Assembly (NCBI GenBank): GCA_002385465.1
Contig: DGDN01000043.1
Coordinates: 2,927-66,926 of the forward strand
DNA length: 64,000 bases
DNA from: Candidatus Fermentithermobacillaceae bacterium UBA3951
GTDB lineage: Bacteria; Bacillota; Sulfobacillia; Fermentithermobacillales; Fermentithermobacillaceae
Direction of reading: 5' to 3'
Below the pieces are notes generated by a model, which did not search any database, had not been told where the DNA came from, and saw only the letters and a program-made list of their open reading frames with translations. Shown here piece by piece: positions 1 through 8,999 of this stretch. A program made the position numbers and the translations under genes. Each line of letters starts with the position of its first letter. Positions within the stretch are counted from its first letter, which is position 1.

Positions 1-1978
1 CGACGGCTATTTCCGGTACTATCCGCGACGCAATTTCATATACCTGGCTTCTCGCAGCTGCCGACGTGAGAAGTACGGGCCTCTTGGCCTTCGATGCAAC
101 CTCGGACATACCGATGGAGATGGCTTTCATCATCTCGGAGAGGCGCTGGGCCGAGAGCGCCACGTAAGAGCCCCTGTCGCTTTTCTTCGTAGCCTCGATT
201 ATTTCTTTCTCAAAGGCTGGGTCCAGGGTGGCCACCGGGAAGGGCCCCTTGTCAAGCCCGACTTCTTTGGTTATGAGGCGTGAAAGCCCCTCGCGCACCC
301 TCATCGTGAGATAATCCACGTCTTTTGAAATCCTGGCGGCGTCCGCCATGCTTTCCATGATGGTTACGAGGTCCCGGATGGGTATGCCTTCTCTCACGAG
401 GTTCTGCAGGACCTTCTGGACATCGCCGAGGGAAACGAGGTCGGGCACCGCTTCTTCCACGCATGAGGCGTCTTCCTGCTTCGTGAGGTCGAGAAGCCTC
501 TGGACCTCCTGCCTGGTAAGGAGGAGGTGAGCGTGCTTGCGAAGCACTTCCGTAAGGTGCGTGGCTATGACGGCCGACGATTCTATCACGGTGTATCCCC
601 TTGTCTCGGCCTCATCCCTCAGGCTCTTGGGAATCCATATGACGTCCAGCCCAAATGCAGGCTCCTTTCCGGGGATGCCTTGGAGCTTCTCGGTGACTTG
701 CGGTCCTTCAATCGCCATGAGCCGGTCCGGGTACACCTCGCCCGAACCTATGTCCACGCCGCGGAGGTTTATGCAATAGCTGTTGGGCCCCATCCCCGCG
801 ATGTTGTCTCTCACCCTGACAAATGGGATCAGGATGCCCAGCTCCGAGGCGATCTGACGCCGCACCATCACTATGCGGTCCATGAGGTCGCCTCCCTGAC
901 TGGGGTCTGCTAGCGGGAGGAGCGCCAGCCCGAATTCGATCTCCAATGGGTCGACCTTGACCAGGCTCTGGGCCGCCTCCGGCTTCTTAAGCTCTTCTGC
1001 CTCCCGCCTGTAGGCTTCTTCTCGTTTTTCCTTCTCCTGGGCTTCGTGAGACTTGGATACCGACATCCCCGCAAGGATCCAGATGGCCCCCAAGACGAAC
1101 ATGGGTGCCTTTGGCAGGCCGGGGACGAGCCCGAGTACCACGAGGGCCCCTCCGGTGGTCGTCAAGACCCTGGGCGACGCCATGAGCTGCCCGCTTACAT
1201 CGGAGCCCAAGTTCTCTCTTGAGGTTGTCCTGGTGACAATCATGCCTGCCGCGGTGGAGATCACGAGCGCGGGAAGCTGGGCGACAAGGCCGTTACCTAC
1301 AGTGAGCAGGGCGAACTTCTTCCACGCTTCTCCTGCCGGGAGGCCGTGCTGGAACATACCGATGGCGAAGCCCCCCAGGAGGTTCAGGACCGTGATGAAA
1401 AGCGCGGCAATGGCGTCTCCCTTTACGAACTTTGAGGCTCCGTCCATGGCTCCGTAGAAGTCGGCCTCAGTCTCTATGTCCTTTCGCCTGCGTTTGGCCT
1501 CTTCTTCCGAAATGAGTCCCGCGTTCAAATCGGCATCGATGGACATCTGCTTGCCGGGCATGGCGTCGAGGGTGAACCTGGCCGCGACTTCGGCAACTCG
1601 TTCCGCACCTTTGGTTATGACCACGAACTGTATGATCACGAGGATGACGAAGACTACAAACCCTACGACCTCGTTGCCTCCGATCACAAACTGGCCAAAG
1701 GCCTGTATGATGCGGCCCGGGTCACCGCTTAGCAGGATGAGCCTTGTAGCCGAGATATTGAGCGCCAGCCTGAAAAGGGTCATGACCAGGAGGAGCGTCG
1801 GGAAAACGGAGAATTCCAAAGGCTCCTTGGTGTACATGGTAAGAAGCATCATGCCAATGGAGATGCTGAAGTTGGCCGCGATTAGAAGGTCGAGCATGTA
1901 CCAGGGCAAGGGCACTACCAACATGGCTACGATGAGCACTACGAATATTGGAACGAGTCGTTCGGTCATCTTGCTCAT
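1..1978 (-). CDS. flhA: Flagellar export apparatus protein FlhA, partial (C-terminus lies beyond window start)
   Basis: Hand translation of the reverse strand from ATG at 1978-1976 gives an uninterrupted frame to position 1. It begins MSKMTERLVPIFVVLIVAMLVVPLPWYML...FGQFVIGGNEVVGFVVFVILVIIQFVVITKGAERVAEVAARFTLDAMPGKQMSIDADL, a classic FlhA N-terminal membrane and FHIPEP region. It is absent from the ORF track because there is no stop in the window. The ATGA overlaps the flhB stop. Confidence 0.9.
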   Translation of the reverse strand, partial: MSKMTERLVPIFVVLIVAMLVVPLPWYMLDLLIAANFSISIGMMLLTMYTKEPLEFSVFPTLLLVMTLFRLALNISATRLILLSGDPGRIIQAFGQFVIGGNEVVGFVVFVILVIIQFVVITKGAERVAEVAARFTLDAMPGKQMSIDADLNAGLISEEEAKRRRKDIETEADFYGAMDGASKFVKGDAIAALFITVLNLLGGFAIGMFQHGLPAGEAWKKFALLTVGNGLVAQLPALVISTAAGMIVTRTTSRENLGSDVSGQLMASPRVLTTTGGALVVLGLVPGLPKAPMFVLGAIWILAGMSVSKSHEAQEKEKREEAYRREAEELKKPEAAQSLVKVDPLEIEFGLALLPLADPSQGGDLMDRIVMVRRQIASELGILIPFVRVRDNIAGMGPNSYCINLRGVDIGSGEVYPDRLMAIEGPQVTEKLQGIPGKEPAFGLDVIWIPKSLRDEAETRGYTVIESSAVIATHLTEVLRKHAHLLLTRQEVQRLLDLTKQEDASCVEEAVPDLVSLGDVQKVLQNLVREGIPIRDLVTIMESMADAARISKDVDYLTMRVREGLSRLITKEVGLDKGPFPVATLDPAFEKEIIEATKKSDRGSYVALSAQRLSEMMKAISIGMSEVASKAKRPVLLTSAAARSQVYEIASRIVPEIAV

Positions 1979-3075
1979 ACGGCCCTTCTCTCCCTGATCA
2001 ATTTGCCTTTCAACCTATAGACGTAAGCCAGCACTTCGGCCACTGCCTTGTAAAGTTCCTCCGGAATCATCTCCCCGATGTCCGCTGCTTTGTAGAGAGC
2101 CCTGGCGAGAGGCGGATTCTCGACCACATGGACCCCTGCTTCTTCTGCAATCTGCCTGATCCTGAGCGCTATCTCGTCGACCCCCTTGGCCACCACGAGA
2201 GGTGCGGGGCTTTCGGCTGCATCGTACTTGAGGGCCACTGCGTAGTGGGTGGGGTTTACCACCACAACGTCGGCATTTGGCACCTCCTGCATCATCCGTC
2301 TCCTGGCCATCTGGCGCATCCTCGCCCTTATGGCCTGCCTGACCTCAGGCTTCACTTCGTTGTCGCGGAGCTCGTCCCGGAGCTCCTTTACGGTCATCCT
2401 GAGGCTCCTCTCGTGCTCCCACCATTGGTACAAGTAATCCAGTAGGCCTGCTGCCATGAGGAAGGCCCCGCATTTCATGATCAGTGACTCTACGGTCTTT
2501 TGGGTGATCTCAAGGGACCCGGCAAGTTCCCTTATGGAGAGGCCTGCCATCTCCGGCATGACCCCCCTAAGGGTTGTCCAGGCAAGAAGCCCTATCAGGC
2601 CTATTTTGAGGAGTGACTTAAGGCAATCCGCCAGCGCGCGTCTTGAGAAAAGCCGCGTGAAACCGCTTATGGGATTTAGCCGTTCCGGCTGAGGAGTGAG
2701 GAAAGACAACCTGAACTGTAGGCCTGTCTGGAGGATGGATACTCCCGCTCCAAAAAAGAGAGACGCGGCCATGACCGGAGCACATGCGATGGCGGCGTAC
2801 ATAAACACGCTCCGCAACACTTCCATGGCGTAGGAAACGCCGAACTCCGCCGGTACGGAGGCCGACCATATCACTGCCGAGCGCGCCATTATGAACCGCG
2901 CCACCGGTTTTAGTCCGTAGCGGAGAGCAAGGACGCCGGCAAAGAACGCGGCCGCAGAGACGAGGTCTTGGCTACGGGCAATCTGACCTTTTTCCCGCGC
3001 CATTTGCCTCCGTCTCGGCGATGCCGGTTCGGTCTTTTCCGAAGAAAAGAGCTGCAGGTTGATTATACGCGTCAT
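1975..3075 (-). CDS. flhB: Flagellar export apparatus protein FlhB
   Basis: Track ORF 1975..3285. The true start is the M at ORF residue 71 (MTRIINLQLFSSEKTEPASPRRRQMAREKGQIARSQDL), which matches the FlhB N-terminus and gives a 4-nt overlap with the fliR stop. The C-terminal region carries NPTHYAVAL, the autocleavage NPTH motif. Confidence 0.9.
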   Translation of the reverse strand: MTRIINLQLFSSEKTEPASPRRRQMAREKGQIARSQDLVSAAAFFAGVLALRYGLKPVARFIMARSAVIWSASVPAEFGVSYAMEVLRSVFMYAAIACAPVMAASLFFGAGVSILQTGLQFRLSFLTPQPERLNPISGFTRLFSRRALADCLKSLLKIGLIGLLAWTTLRGVMPEMAGLSIRELAGSLEITQKTVESLIMKCGAFLMAAGLLDYLYQWWEHERSLRMTVKELRDELRDNEVKPEVRQAIRARMRQMARRRMMQEVPNADVVVVNPTHYAVALKYDAAESPAPLVVAKGVDEIALRIRQIAEEAGVHVVENPPLARALYKAADIGEMIPEELYKAVAEVLAYVYRLKGKLIRERRAV

Positions 3076-3839
3076 GAGATACCGACTCCCAGCAGGCTTT
3101 CCAAGAGATTCCTCAGTGTGGTGGCGATTTCCTCCGTGAAAACTCCGTAGAACCCGATAGACGCCGATAGAATCAGGAAGCCGACCAGCGTTTTCACCGG
3201 AAGGCCTATTACAAACACGTTCATCTGGGGCACTGCCCTGGCAACAACTCCAAGACTTACGTCGGTTATGAGCATGGCTGCCCATATGGGGATTGACAAC
3301 ACTATTCCTATAAGTAGCATCTGGGCCACAGTCGTGACCGAGAGCTGCGCCCAGAAAGCCGTCAGGGTCACCCGGCCTGCCGGCATGATGTCAAATGACT
3401 TGGAAAGCGCCCTGATGATCAGGTGGTGACCGTCGAGCATCATGAAAATGAGGGTGATGAGTAGGTACTTGAAGATGCCCATAAGGGGTGACGAGAGACC
3501 TTGCTCCGGATCCAGGACGTTGGAAAGCCCGAAACCCATCTGAACGTCAACGACCTGTCCGGCTACGTCAACGGCCGCAAGAAGGGCTGCAGCCATGAAC
3601 CCTATGAAGAGACCGTAGAAGATCTCCCCTAAGAGCGTCACTGCGACTTGAGCGTACGACTCGCTCATCGGAGGGGTCTCAACCACCGGCATCAAGAGAA
3701 AACTGACCGTGAGACTGAGTCCTACCTTGACCGCAGGCGGGATAAACCTCGCCGCCAGGACCGGAGCGGTTACAAATATGCCAGTGGTCCTCAGTAACAC
3801 ACACATGTATCCGAAGAGCGCATCGCTCATGTCTACCAT
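3072..3839 (-). CDS. fliR: Flagellar export apparatus protein FliR
   Basis: 255-aa polytopic membrane protein in the fliQ-fliR-flhB position of the operon. Confidence 0.85.
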   Translation of the reverse strand: MVDMSDALFGYMCVLLRTTGIFVTAPVLAARFIPPAVKVGLSLTVSFLLMPVVETPPMSESYAQVAVTLLGEIFYGLFIGFMAAALLAAVDVAGQVVDVQMGFGLSNVLDPEQGLSSPLMGIFKYLLITLIFMMLDGHHLIIRALSKSFDIMPAGRVTLTAFWAQLSVTTVAQMLLIGIVLSIPIWAAMLITDVSLGVVARAVPQMNVFVIGLPVKTLVGFLILSASIGFYGVFTEEIATTLRNLLESLLGVGIS

Positions 3840-3886
3840 TTCCTCACCCCTTTTCCATGCGCGTCACGGAACACGAAAGCCTCTTT

Positions 3887-4153
3887 TCACATAAGTCCCG
3901 GCAAGTTCTCGATGATCCTCTGGGCGAAGCCGGCTACAGTCCTGAGCATCCAGCCACCGAACAAGAGGAGGCTTACAACCACGGCCAGAACTTTGGGGAC
4001 AAAGGCCAAGGTCTGGTCGTGTATTTGCGTGGTCGCCTGGAAGACCGAGATGAGGAACCCCACGGCCATTGATATCCCAAGGCAGGGAGCCGCCACGATG
4101 AGTACTGTGGTGAGAGCTTCTCTTCCTATTGATATGGCTTGGTCGAAAGTCAT
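3887..4153 (-). CDS. fliQ: Flagellar export apparatus protein FliQ
   Basis: 88-aa two-TM protein from MTFDQAISIGREALTTVLIVAAPCLG...FQATTQIHDQTLAFVPKV. The start is taken at the M at ORF residue 10, which leaves a 20-nt gap after the fliP stop. Confidence 0.85.
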   Translation of the reverse strand: MTFDQAISIGREALTTVLIVAAPCLGISMAVGFLISVFQATTQIHDQTLAFVPKVLAVVVSLLLFGGWMLRTVAGFAQRIIENLPGLM

Positions 4154-4172
4154 CTCAGGCCCCTCCCTTTTC

Positions 4173-5360
4173 TCATGCAAATCCGCCTATAAGCGACTTG
4201 GTTACCAGGCTCCACCCGTCTACGAGCACGAACAAGAGGAGCTTGAAAGGCAAGGATATGAGTACCGGCGGGAGCATAAGCATTCCCATGGACATGAGGG
4301 TTGACGCCACCACCATGTCGATCACCAAGAACGGCAAGTACAAGAGGAATCCCATTTCGAAAGCCGTCCTGAGCTCGGAGATCACGAAAGCGGGGACCAC
4401 CTGAAAAAGGGACATGTCTTCCGGGCTCTCAGGGGCCTCTTCCCGTCCCAAGGTAGCGAAAAGCGCCAGATCTTTTTCGCGGGTCTCTCTCAACATGAAC
4501 TCCTTCATAGGCTGAGAGGCAAGGGCAAAGGCCTCCTGCCCGTTTATCTCTCCCGCTATGTAGGGCTGCAGCGAAACCCTGTACACTTCCCCCCACGTGG
4601 GAGTCATGACAAAGAACGTGAGGATGAGGGCAAGGCCTATAAGGACCTGATTTGGAGGTGTTTGCTGGGTACCCAGCCCCGACCGCAAGAACGAGAAGAC
4701 GACGACCATCCTTGTGAAAGACGTGGTGAGCATCACGATCGCCGGAGCTAGAGACAGGACCGTGAGTAGCCCCAGTATCCCCAGGGACGTCCCCAGCCCG
4801 CCCTGAGGTGTCTCTCCACCTATGGTGATATCGATTTCGGGGATGGGGAGAGCCTGAGGAGCAGCACTCAAGGTCGCGGCGGGGCCAAGGCACGCGCCGA
4901 AGACGAGAAGGGATGTGACAAACAAGGTGAACTTCTTCCGGGAGAGTTTCTTCCCGATCCTCTTTAGTTCGTCCGCGAGTAACGCCGGGAATGCGGGAGG
5001 TTCGCTCGGAGACTCACCGGGGCGAAGGCCGGAACCCGGACTGTCGGGTAGCGGGTTTGGATCTGCCGTACTCTCATGTGGCTCGATCTCGCGGATGAGG
5101 TTTACGCTGTGATCGGTGACACCGATAAGGAACCTGCTTTCTCCCGAGCGGATGAGGCAAACCATACGGCTGCCCCCGAGCCCTAGGGACTCGACGATTT
5201 CAAGGGTCTTGCCCGATTTCCCGGCAAGGCGAGTCTTTCCATACCTCTTTACCAAAAGGAGACACCCGAATACAAGGAGCCCCATGAATCCCAGGATCTT
5301 GAGAAGTTCAGCGAAGAGCGAATTCGAATGCATGTTGTCGCCGGAGAAACCGGCGGGCAC
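4173..5360 (-). CDS. fliOP: FliO(FliZ)-FliP in one continuous 395-aa frame (fusion, or fliP initiated internally)
   Basis: The N-terminal 130 aa are FliO/FliZ-like (single TM LLKILGFMGLLVFGCLLLV, then GKTLEIVESLGLGGSRMVCLIRSGESRFLIGVTDHSV). A Pro/Ser linker follows, then a FliP signal peptide (KKFTLFVTSLLVFGACLGPAATLSAAPQA) and the FliP core (QQTPPNQVLIGLALILTFFVMTPTW...). There is no stop codon and no ATG/GTG with a Shine-Dalgarno before the FliP signal peptide. Confidence 0.8.
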   Translation of the reverse strand: MPAGFSGDNMHSNSLFAELLKILGFMGLLVFGCLLLVKRYGKTRLAGKSGKTLEIVESLGLGGSRMVCLIRSGESRFLIGVTDHSVNLIREIEPHESTADPNPLPDSPGSGLRPGESPSEPPAFPALLADELKRIGKKLSRKKFTLFVTSLLVFGACLGPAATLSAAPQALPIPEIDITIGGETPQGGLGTSLGILGLLTVLSLAPAIVMLTTSFTRMVVVFSFLRSGLGTQQTPPNQVLIGLALILTFFVMTPTWGEVYRVSLQPYIAGEINGQEAFALASQPMKEFMLRETREKDLALFATLGREEAPESPEDMSLFQVVPAFVISELRTAFEMGFLLYLPFLVIDMVVASTLMSMGMLMLPPVLISLPFKLLLFVLVDGWSLVTKSLIGGFA

Positions 5361-5413
5361 CCCCCTTATCTCTACCCCGCTTGGTTTCCGAGCCGTCTCG
5401 CGCGGTTTTTTCT

Positions 5414-5925
5414 CTAGATTTCTTTCCGAGCGCTTCTATCTATGGCCCTCTTCGAGACTATGTCGGTTATCCTCACTCCGAAGTTCTCGTCGACCACTAC
5501 GACTTCTCCGTGGGCGAAGAGTTTTCCGTTGACGAGAACGTCTACGTTCTCACCCGCAGACTTGTCGAGTTCCACCACAGACCCTACGGTCAGGTTAAGT
5601 AGGTCCCTCACTCGACACCGGGCCCGTCCGAGCTCAACACTAACGGCCAGAGGGACATCAAGGAGCGCATCCATTCCCGCGACCGGTGTTTCCGTCTCCG
5701 CGTCCTTAGAGAGGTCTTCGAAGACGACCGGCTGCACCGACGGCTCGGGCTTCTCCACCGGTTCCTCTGCCGCCTTGCTCTCTGTCTTCGGTGCGGCGCT
5801 AATCTCCTTGTCTTCTTTGGCTTCGGCCGCGGAGGGCTTTTCCTTTGGCTTTGCCGGTGCCTCCTCTTTGGATGCCTCAAGGAGCAAAGCGTCGATTTGG
5901 TCTTGGCTCATCTGCTCATTCATGG
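5414..5925 (-). CDS. fliN: Flagellar motor switch protein FliN (short FliN-type, no CheC domain)
   Basis: C-terminal SpoA/FliN domain (VELGRARCRVRDLLNLTVGSVVELDKSAGENVDVLVNGKLFAHGEVVVVDENFGVRI). The start is taken at MNEQMSQDQIDALL, adjacent to the fliM stop. Confidence 0.85.
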
Positions 5926-6918
5926 GATTAGATCCTCCTCTCCGTCCTCTGCTATGCCCACTATTCGCGCGGCAAGTCTTCCGCCGGTCCTGCCGATTTT
6001 GGCCACAAACTTGGGTTTCCCGAAAACATAAATGGTCGCGTAACATTCTTTGGGCATCGCGAGGTCAATGATGTCTCCCGTTTCCAAGGACAGGAGATCT
6101 TCTACCGACAAGAGTGCTTGTCCAAGCCTGCAGCTCAAGGGCACTTCAACGTCTTGGAGGGCATTGGCAACTGCGTCTGCCTCGCCTTTGTCCTCATCCG
6201 CCCTTCTTCCCCGAGAGAACCAGCGGCTTGCCGAAAAGGCCGGCAGCACGGGTTCCAAGAGGGTGTATGGCAGGCAGAATTGCACGGTCCCCGTCTGCGA
6301 ACCGAACCTCAAGGCCACGCTCACCGACAGGACCATGTCGTTAGGAGGAAGGGCCTGCTGTACGAAGAGCGGGTTCACTTCCATGGTGGTTATTAAGAGA
6401 TCTCTCGCGTCAATACGGTACTCTCGAAGTGTGTCTCTGAAGATGTCTACTATGGATTGGGCTATCCGTTTGCTCATGGCAAGCTCGATCTCTGTGAGCG
6501 ACCTGCTAACACCCGGAGAAGTCCCCCCTCCTCCACAGAGCCTGTCAAGCATCGGAAGAACCACCTTCATCTCGATGCTTAGCAGCATATTGGATGGCAA
6601 GTCGCCCCAGTTCACAATCCCCACGCAGCACGGGTTCGTGAGTTCCTGGGCGAACTCCTCATAAGTTGCCTGGTCAACCGAGCTTACGCCGGCGTGGATC
6701 GCCATCCGGAAGAGCGCCGAGAAGTGCGAGGTGAGCTGCCTCGAGAAGTTGTCGAAGAGAAGCTGCGCACCTCGCAGGTGGTCCTTCGAGAATTTGTCGG
6801 GCCTCTTGAAATCGTAGACCCTCAGCCTCGGCTTGGCTATCTGAGGCTTCGTCTCGGCCTCGTCTTTCTGGATGAGCGAGTTTATGAGGTCCTCAATCTC
6901 TTTCTGTGATAGAGCCAA
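5920..6918 (-). CDS. fliM: Flagellar motor switch protein FliM
   Basis: 332 aa with a FliM N-terminal CheY-P binding-like segment, a middle CheC-like domain and a C-terminal FliN-like domain. Confidence 0.9.
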   Translation of the reverse strand: MALSQKEIEDLINSLIQKDEAETKPQIAKPRLRVYDFKRPDKFSKDHLRGAQLLFDNFSRQLTSHFSALFRMAIHAGVSSVDQATYEEFAQELTNPCCVGIVNWGDLPSNMLLSIEMKVVLPMLDRLCGGGGTSPGVSRSLTEIELAMSKRIAQSIVDIFRDTLREYRIDARDLLITTMEVNPLFVQQALPPNDMVLSVSVALRFGSQTGTVQFCLPYTLLEPVLPAFSASRWFSRGRRADEDKGEADAVANALQDVEVPLSCRLGQALLSVEDLLSLETGDIIDLAMPKECYATIYVFGKPKFVAKIGRTGGRLAARIVGIAEDGEEDLIP

Positions 6919-6944
6919 GCCGTCTCCCCCCTTTTTTCTCGAGT

Positions 6945-7364
6945 CTATTGAATCACGAACTCAGAGAAGAAAACGTTCTTCACCACGTTTGGGCACTTCA
7001 CGTCCATCCACTCACAGATCTCTTTCTGAAGGTTTCTAAGCCCGTTCTCCCCGGATAGGTCTGCGTAGGTCTTCGACCTTAGGAGCGCGTAGACGTCAGT
7101 CTTGAGTTCACTGACTCTATCGGTAACCTGCGTGCTCCTCTGTGCGTCGATCTCAAGATCGACCGTCACCTTGATGTAGCGCCCGCTATCCGCCAGGTTG
7201 GTCAGGAACTGCCCGAGGCTAATGATGGCTAGGTTCGCCTCGTACTCGTTTCTAGGGTCTTGGCGGTTTCCAAGCGCCGGGAAGCCCCACACTTTGGAAG
7301 CCGCGACGTAGCCCACCCCTGCCGTCACTACCAAAGCCAGGACTACCAGCAGGACTTTCCTCAT
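6945..7364 (-). CDS. fliL: Flagellar basal body-associated protein FliL
   Basis: Single N-terminal TM (MRKVLLVVLALVVTAGVGYVAA) plus a FliL domain. The start is chosen at the ATG preceded by GGAGGTG. Confidence 0.75.
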   Translation of the reverse strand: MRKVLLVVLALVVTAGVGYVAASKVWGFPALGNRQDPRNEYEANLAIISLGQFLTNLADSGRYIKVTVDLEIDAQRSTQVTDRVSELKTDVYALLRSKTYADLSGENGLRNLQKEICEWMDVKCPNVVKNVFFSEFVIQ

Positions 7365-7397
7365 GAAAAACACCTCCGTCCACCCATCTCTACCCAT

Positions 7398-8141
7398 TTA
7401 TTGAACCGGGGGTTCGCCCCCCGCCAAGGAAGGCCTCAGTATGACGATATCGACTCTCCTGTTGCGCTGCCGGCCCTCGGCAGTCTCATTAGTGTCGATA
7501 GGCCTGAACTCGGCGTACCCGGCAACTTGAAGTTGTTTCTCCCGGACGCCGCACTTCTCGATAAGGAACCTGACAACGCTTCCCGCGCGGCCGCTTGAGA
7601 GCTCCCAGTTTGATGGGAATTTTTCGGTGCTAATAGGCCAATCGTCGGTGTGCCCTTCAACCCTTATAGGGTTCTCAAGGTCTTTGATCATCTTGCCTAC
7701 AAAAAGCAGGGCCTCCGTCGCTTCGGGACGGAGTTCGGCGCTCCCAAGGTCAAAGAGGACCGAATCGGCAAACCGGAGGATGAGGCCTCTCTCATCCATC
7801 TCAACCGAGACTTTGCCCGCCAAGCCTGCTCCGGCCAGTTCACGGGAGAAGGATTCGCCCGTGACCCTTAGCTGTTCGAGCTCCATGGCCACGATGGCCG
7901 CCATGGGGTCAGGGAGCGGGGTTCCGCCTCCTCCACCGGGTAGGATGGTGGCTCCACCGACGGGCATTACTCCGACCGCGGACCCGTACGACCGCACTGC
8001 GGCGTCGAACTTCTCGGCGCTCAAGACCGAAACGGCGAAGAGCAGAATAAAGAACGTCCAGAGAAGCGTCACCATGTCCGCGTATGAGGTAAGCCAGGGT
8101 TGGGTACGTGGCGGGTCCTCAGTCTGAATCAGCCGCGGCAC
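7398..8141 (-). CDS. motB: Flagellar stator protein MotB (OmpA-like C-terminus)
   Basis: TSYADMVTLLWTFFILLF plug/TM region and an OmpA peptidoglycan-binding C-terminus (NRRVDIVIL). Confidence 0.85.
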   Translation of the reverse strand: MPRLIQTEDPPRTQPWLTSYADMVTLLWTFFILLFAVSVLSAEKFDAAVRSYGSAVGVMPVGGATILPGGGGGTPLPDPMAAIVAMELEQLRVTGESFSRELAGAGLAGKVSVEMDERGLILRFADSVLFDLGSAELRPEATEALLFVGKMIKDLENPIRVEGHTDDWPISTEKFPSNWELSSGRAGSVVRFLIEKCGVREKQLQVAGYAEFRPIDTNETAEGRQRNRRVDIVILRPSLAGGEPPVQ

Positions 8142-8928
8142 CGCTCTGCGCCCCCCTTCGGCTCGGCAGGATTACCTGCTCCCTCTCCTTAGGCGACAGG
8201 AAAGACTTGAGTTTCTCCTGAACGACTCTCGGATTGTCGCCCGCCTGGATAGACAGGACTCCTTCGACTATGGCTTCCTTAATGAATATCTCTCGCGCGC
8301 TGCGGTTTTTCAGTTTCGTAGCGATGGGCAGAAAGATCATGTTGGCAAGCACGGAACCGTAGAAAGTAGTGACCAAGGCAACGGCCATGCCTGGACCGAT
8401 TTCTTCAGGCTTATCAAGCTTTAGGAGCATTTGGATCAGGCCGACCAGAGTGCCGAGCATTCCGAAAGCAGGAGCCATGGCCCCCAAAGTCTCGAAGACC
8501 GATTGCCCCATCTTGTGCCGGTCGGCCACAAATGCGATCTCGGTCTCGAGGATATTTCTCACAAGTTCCTGGGTCGTGCCGTCCACTACCAACCTGATAC
8601 CTTTCTGAAGAAAAGGATCCGTGAGGTGGTTGGCGTCTTCGTCCAACGCCAAAAGGCCTTCTCTTCGCGCCTTGTCGGCGAATCTCACAAGGGTGTTGAT
8701 TGTCTCGCCAATGTCTTCCTCCTGAGAGAAGTAAGCCTGCTTGGTGATCTTGGCCACGTCGAGAAACGTCCGGAGGGGGAAGCTCATCAGGGTAGAAAAG
8801 ATGGTTCCTCCAAGCGTGATGAACAGCGAACCGGGGTCCCAGAACGGCCGGAGCGAGCCACTCATCATGATCCCGATGAGAACCACTGCGAACACGGCGA
8901 TTGTCCCTATCAGCGTCGCCAGATCCAT
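8119..8928 (-). CDS. motA: Flagellar stator protein MotA
   Basis: 269-aa 4-TM MotA/TolQ/ExbB-family protein, sitting upstream of and overlapping motB. Confidence 0.85.
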   Translation of the reverse strand: MDLATLIGTIAVFAVVLIGIMMSGSLRPFWDPGSLFITLGGTIFSTLMSFPLRTFLDVAKITKQAYFSQEEDIGETINTLVRFADKARREGLLALDEDANHLTDPFLQKGIRLVVDGTTQELVRNILETEIAFVADRHKMGQSVFETLGAMAPAFGMLGTLVGLIQMLLKLDKPEEIGPGMAVALVTTFYGSVLANMIFLPIATKLKNRSAREIFIKEAIVEGVLSIQAGDNPRVVQEKLKSFLSPKEREQVILPSRRGAQSGAAADSD

Positions 8929-8999
8929 GTCAACACCCCGTTTCTATCCTGCGCCCCGGCGGAAGGGACGCCTAGAACTTCCGCCGGGGCCTAACCCAC

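Noticed and set aside
1476-1997. 173-aa plus-strand ORF (and neighbours at 527..913 and 1053..1457)
   Set aside because: It is antisense to the hand-translated flhA frame, which is unambiguous.
4173-5360. The FliO-FliP continuity as a sequencing frameshift artefact
   Set aside because: The two parts are in the same frame with no stop, so a frameshift is not needed. It is kept as a finding rather than an error.
5442-6071. 209-aa plus-strand ORF
   Set aside because: It is antisense to fliN/fliM, Ser/Thr/Ala-rich low-complexity sequence, with no homology signal.
8929-8999. Possible flbD between flgE and motA
   Set aside because: The gap is only 70 bp, with no ORF of suitable size (FlbD is about 70 aa).
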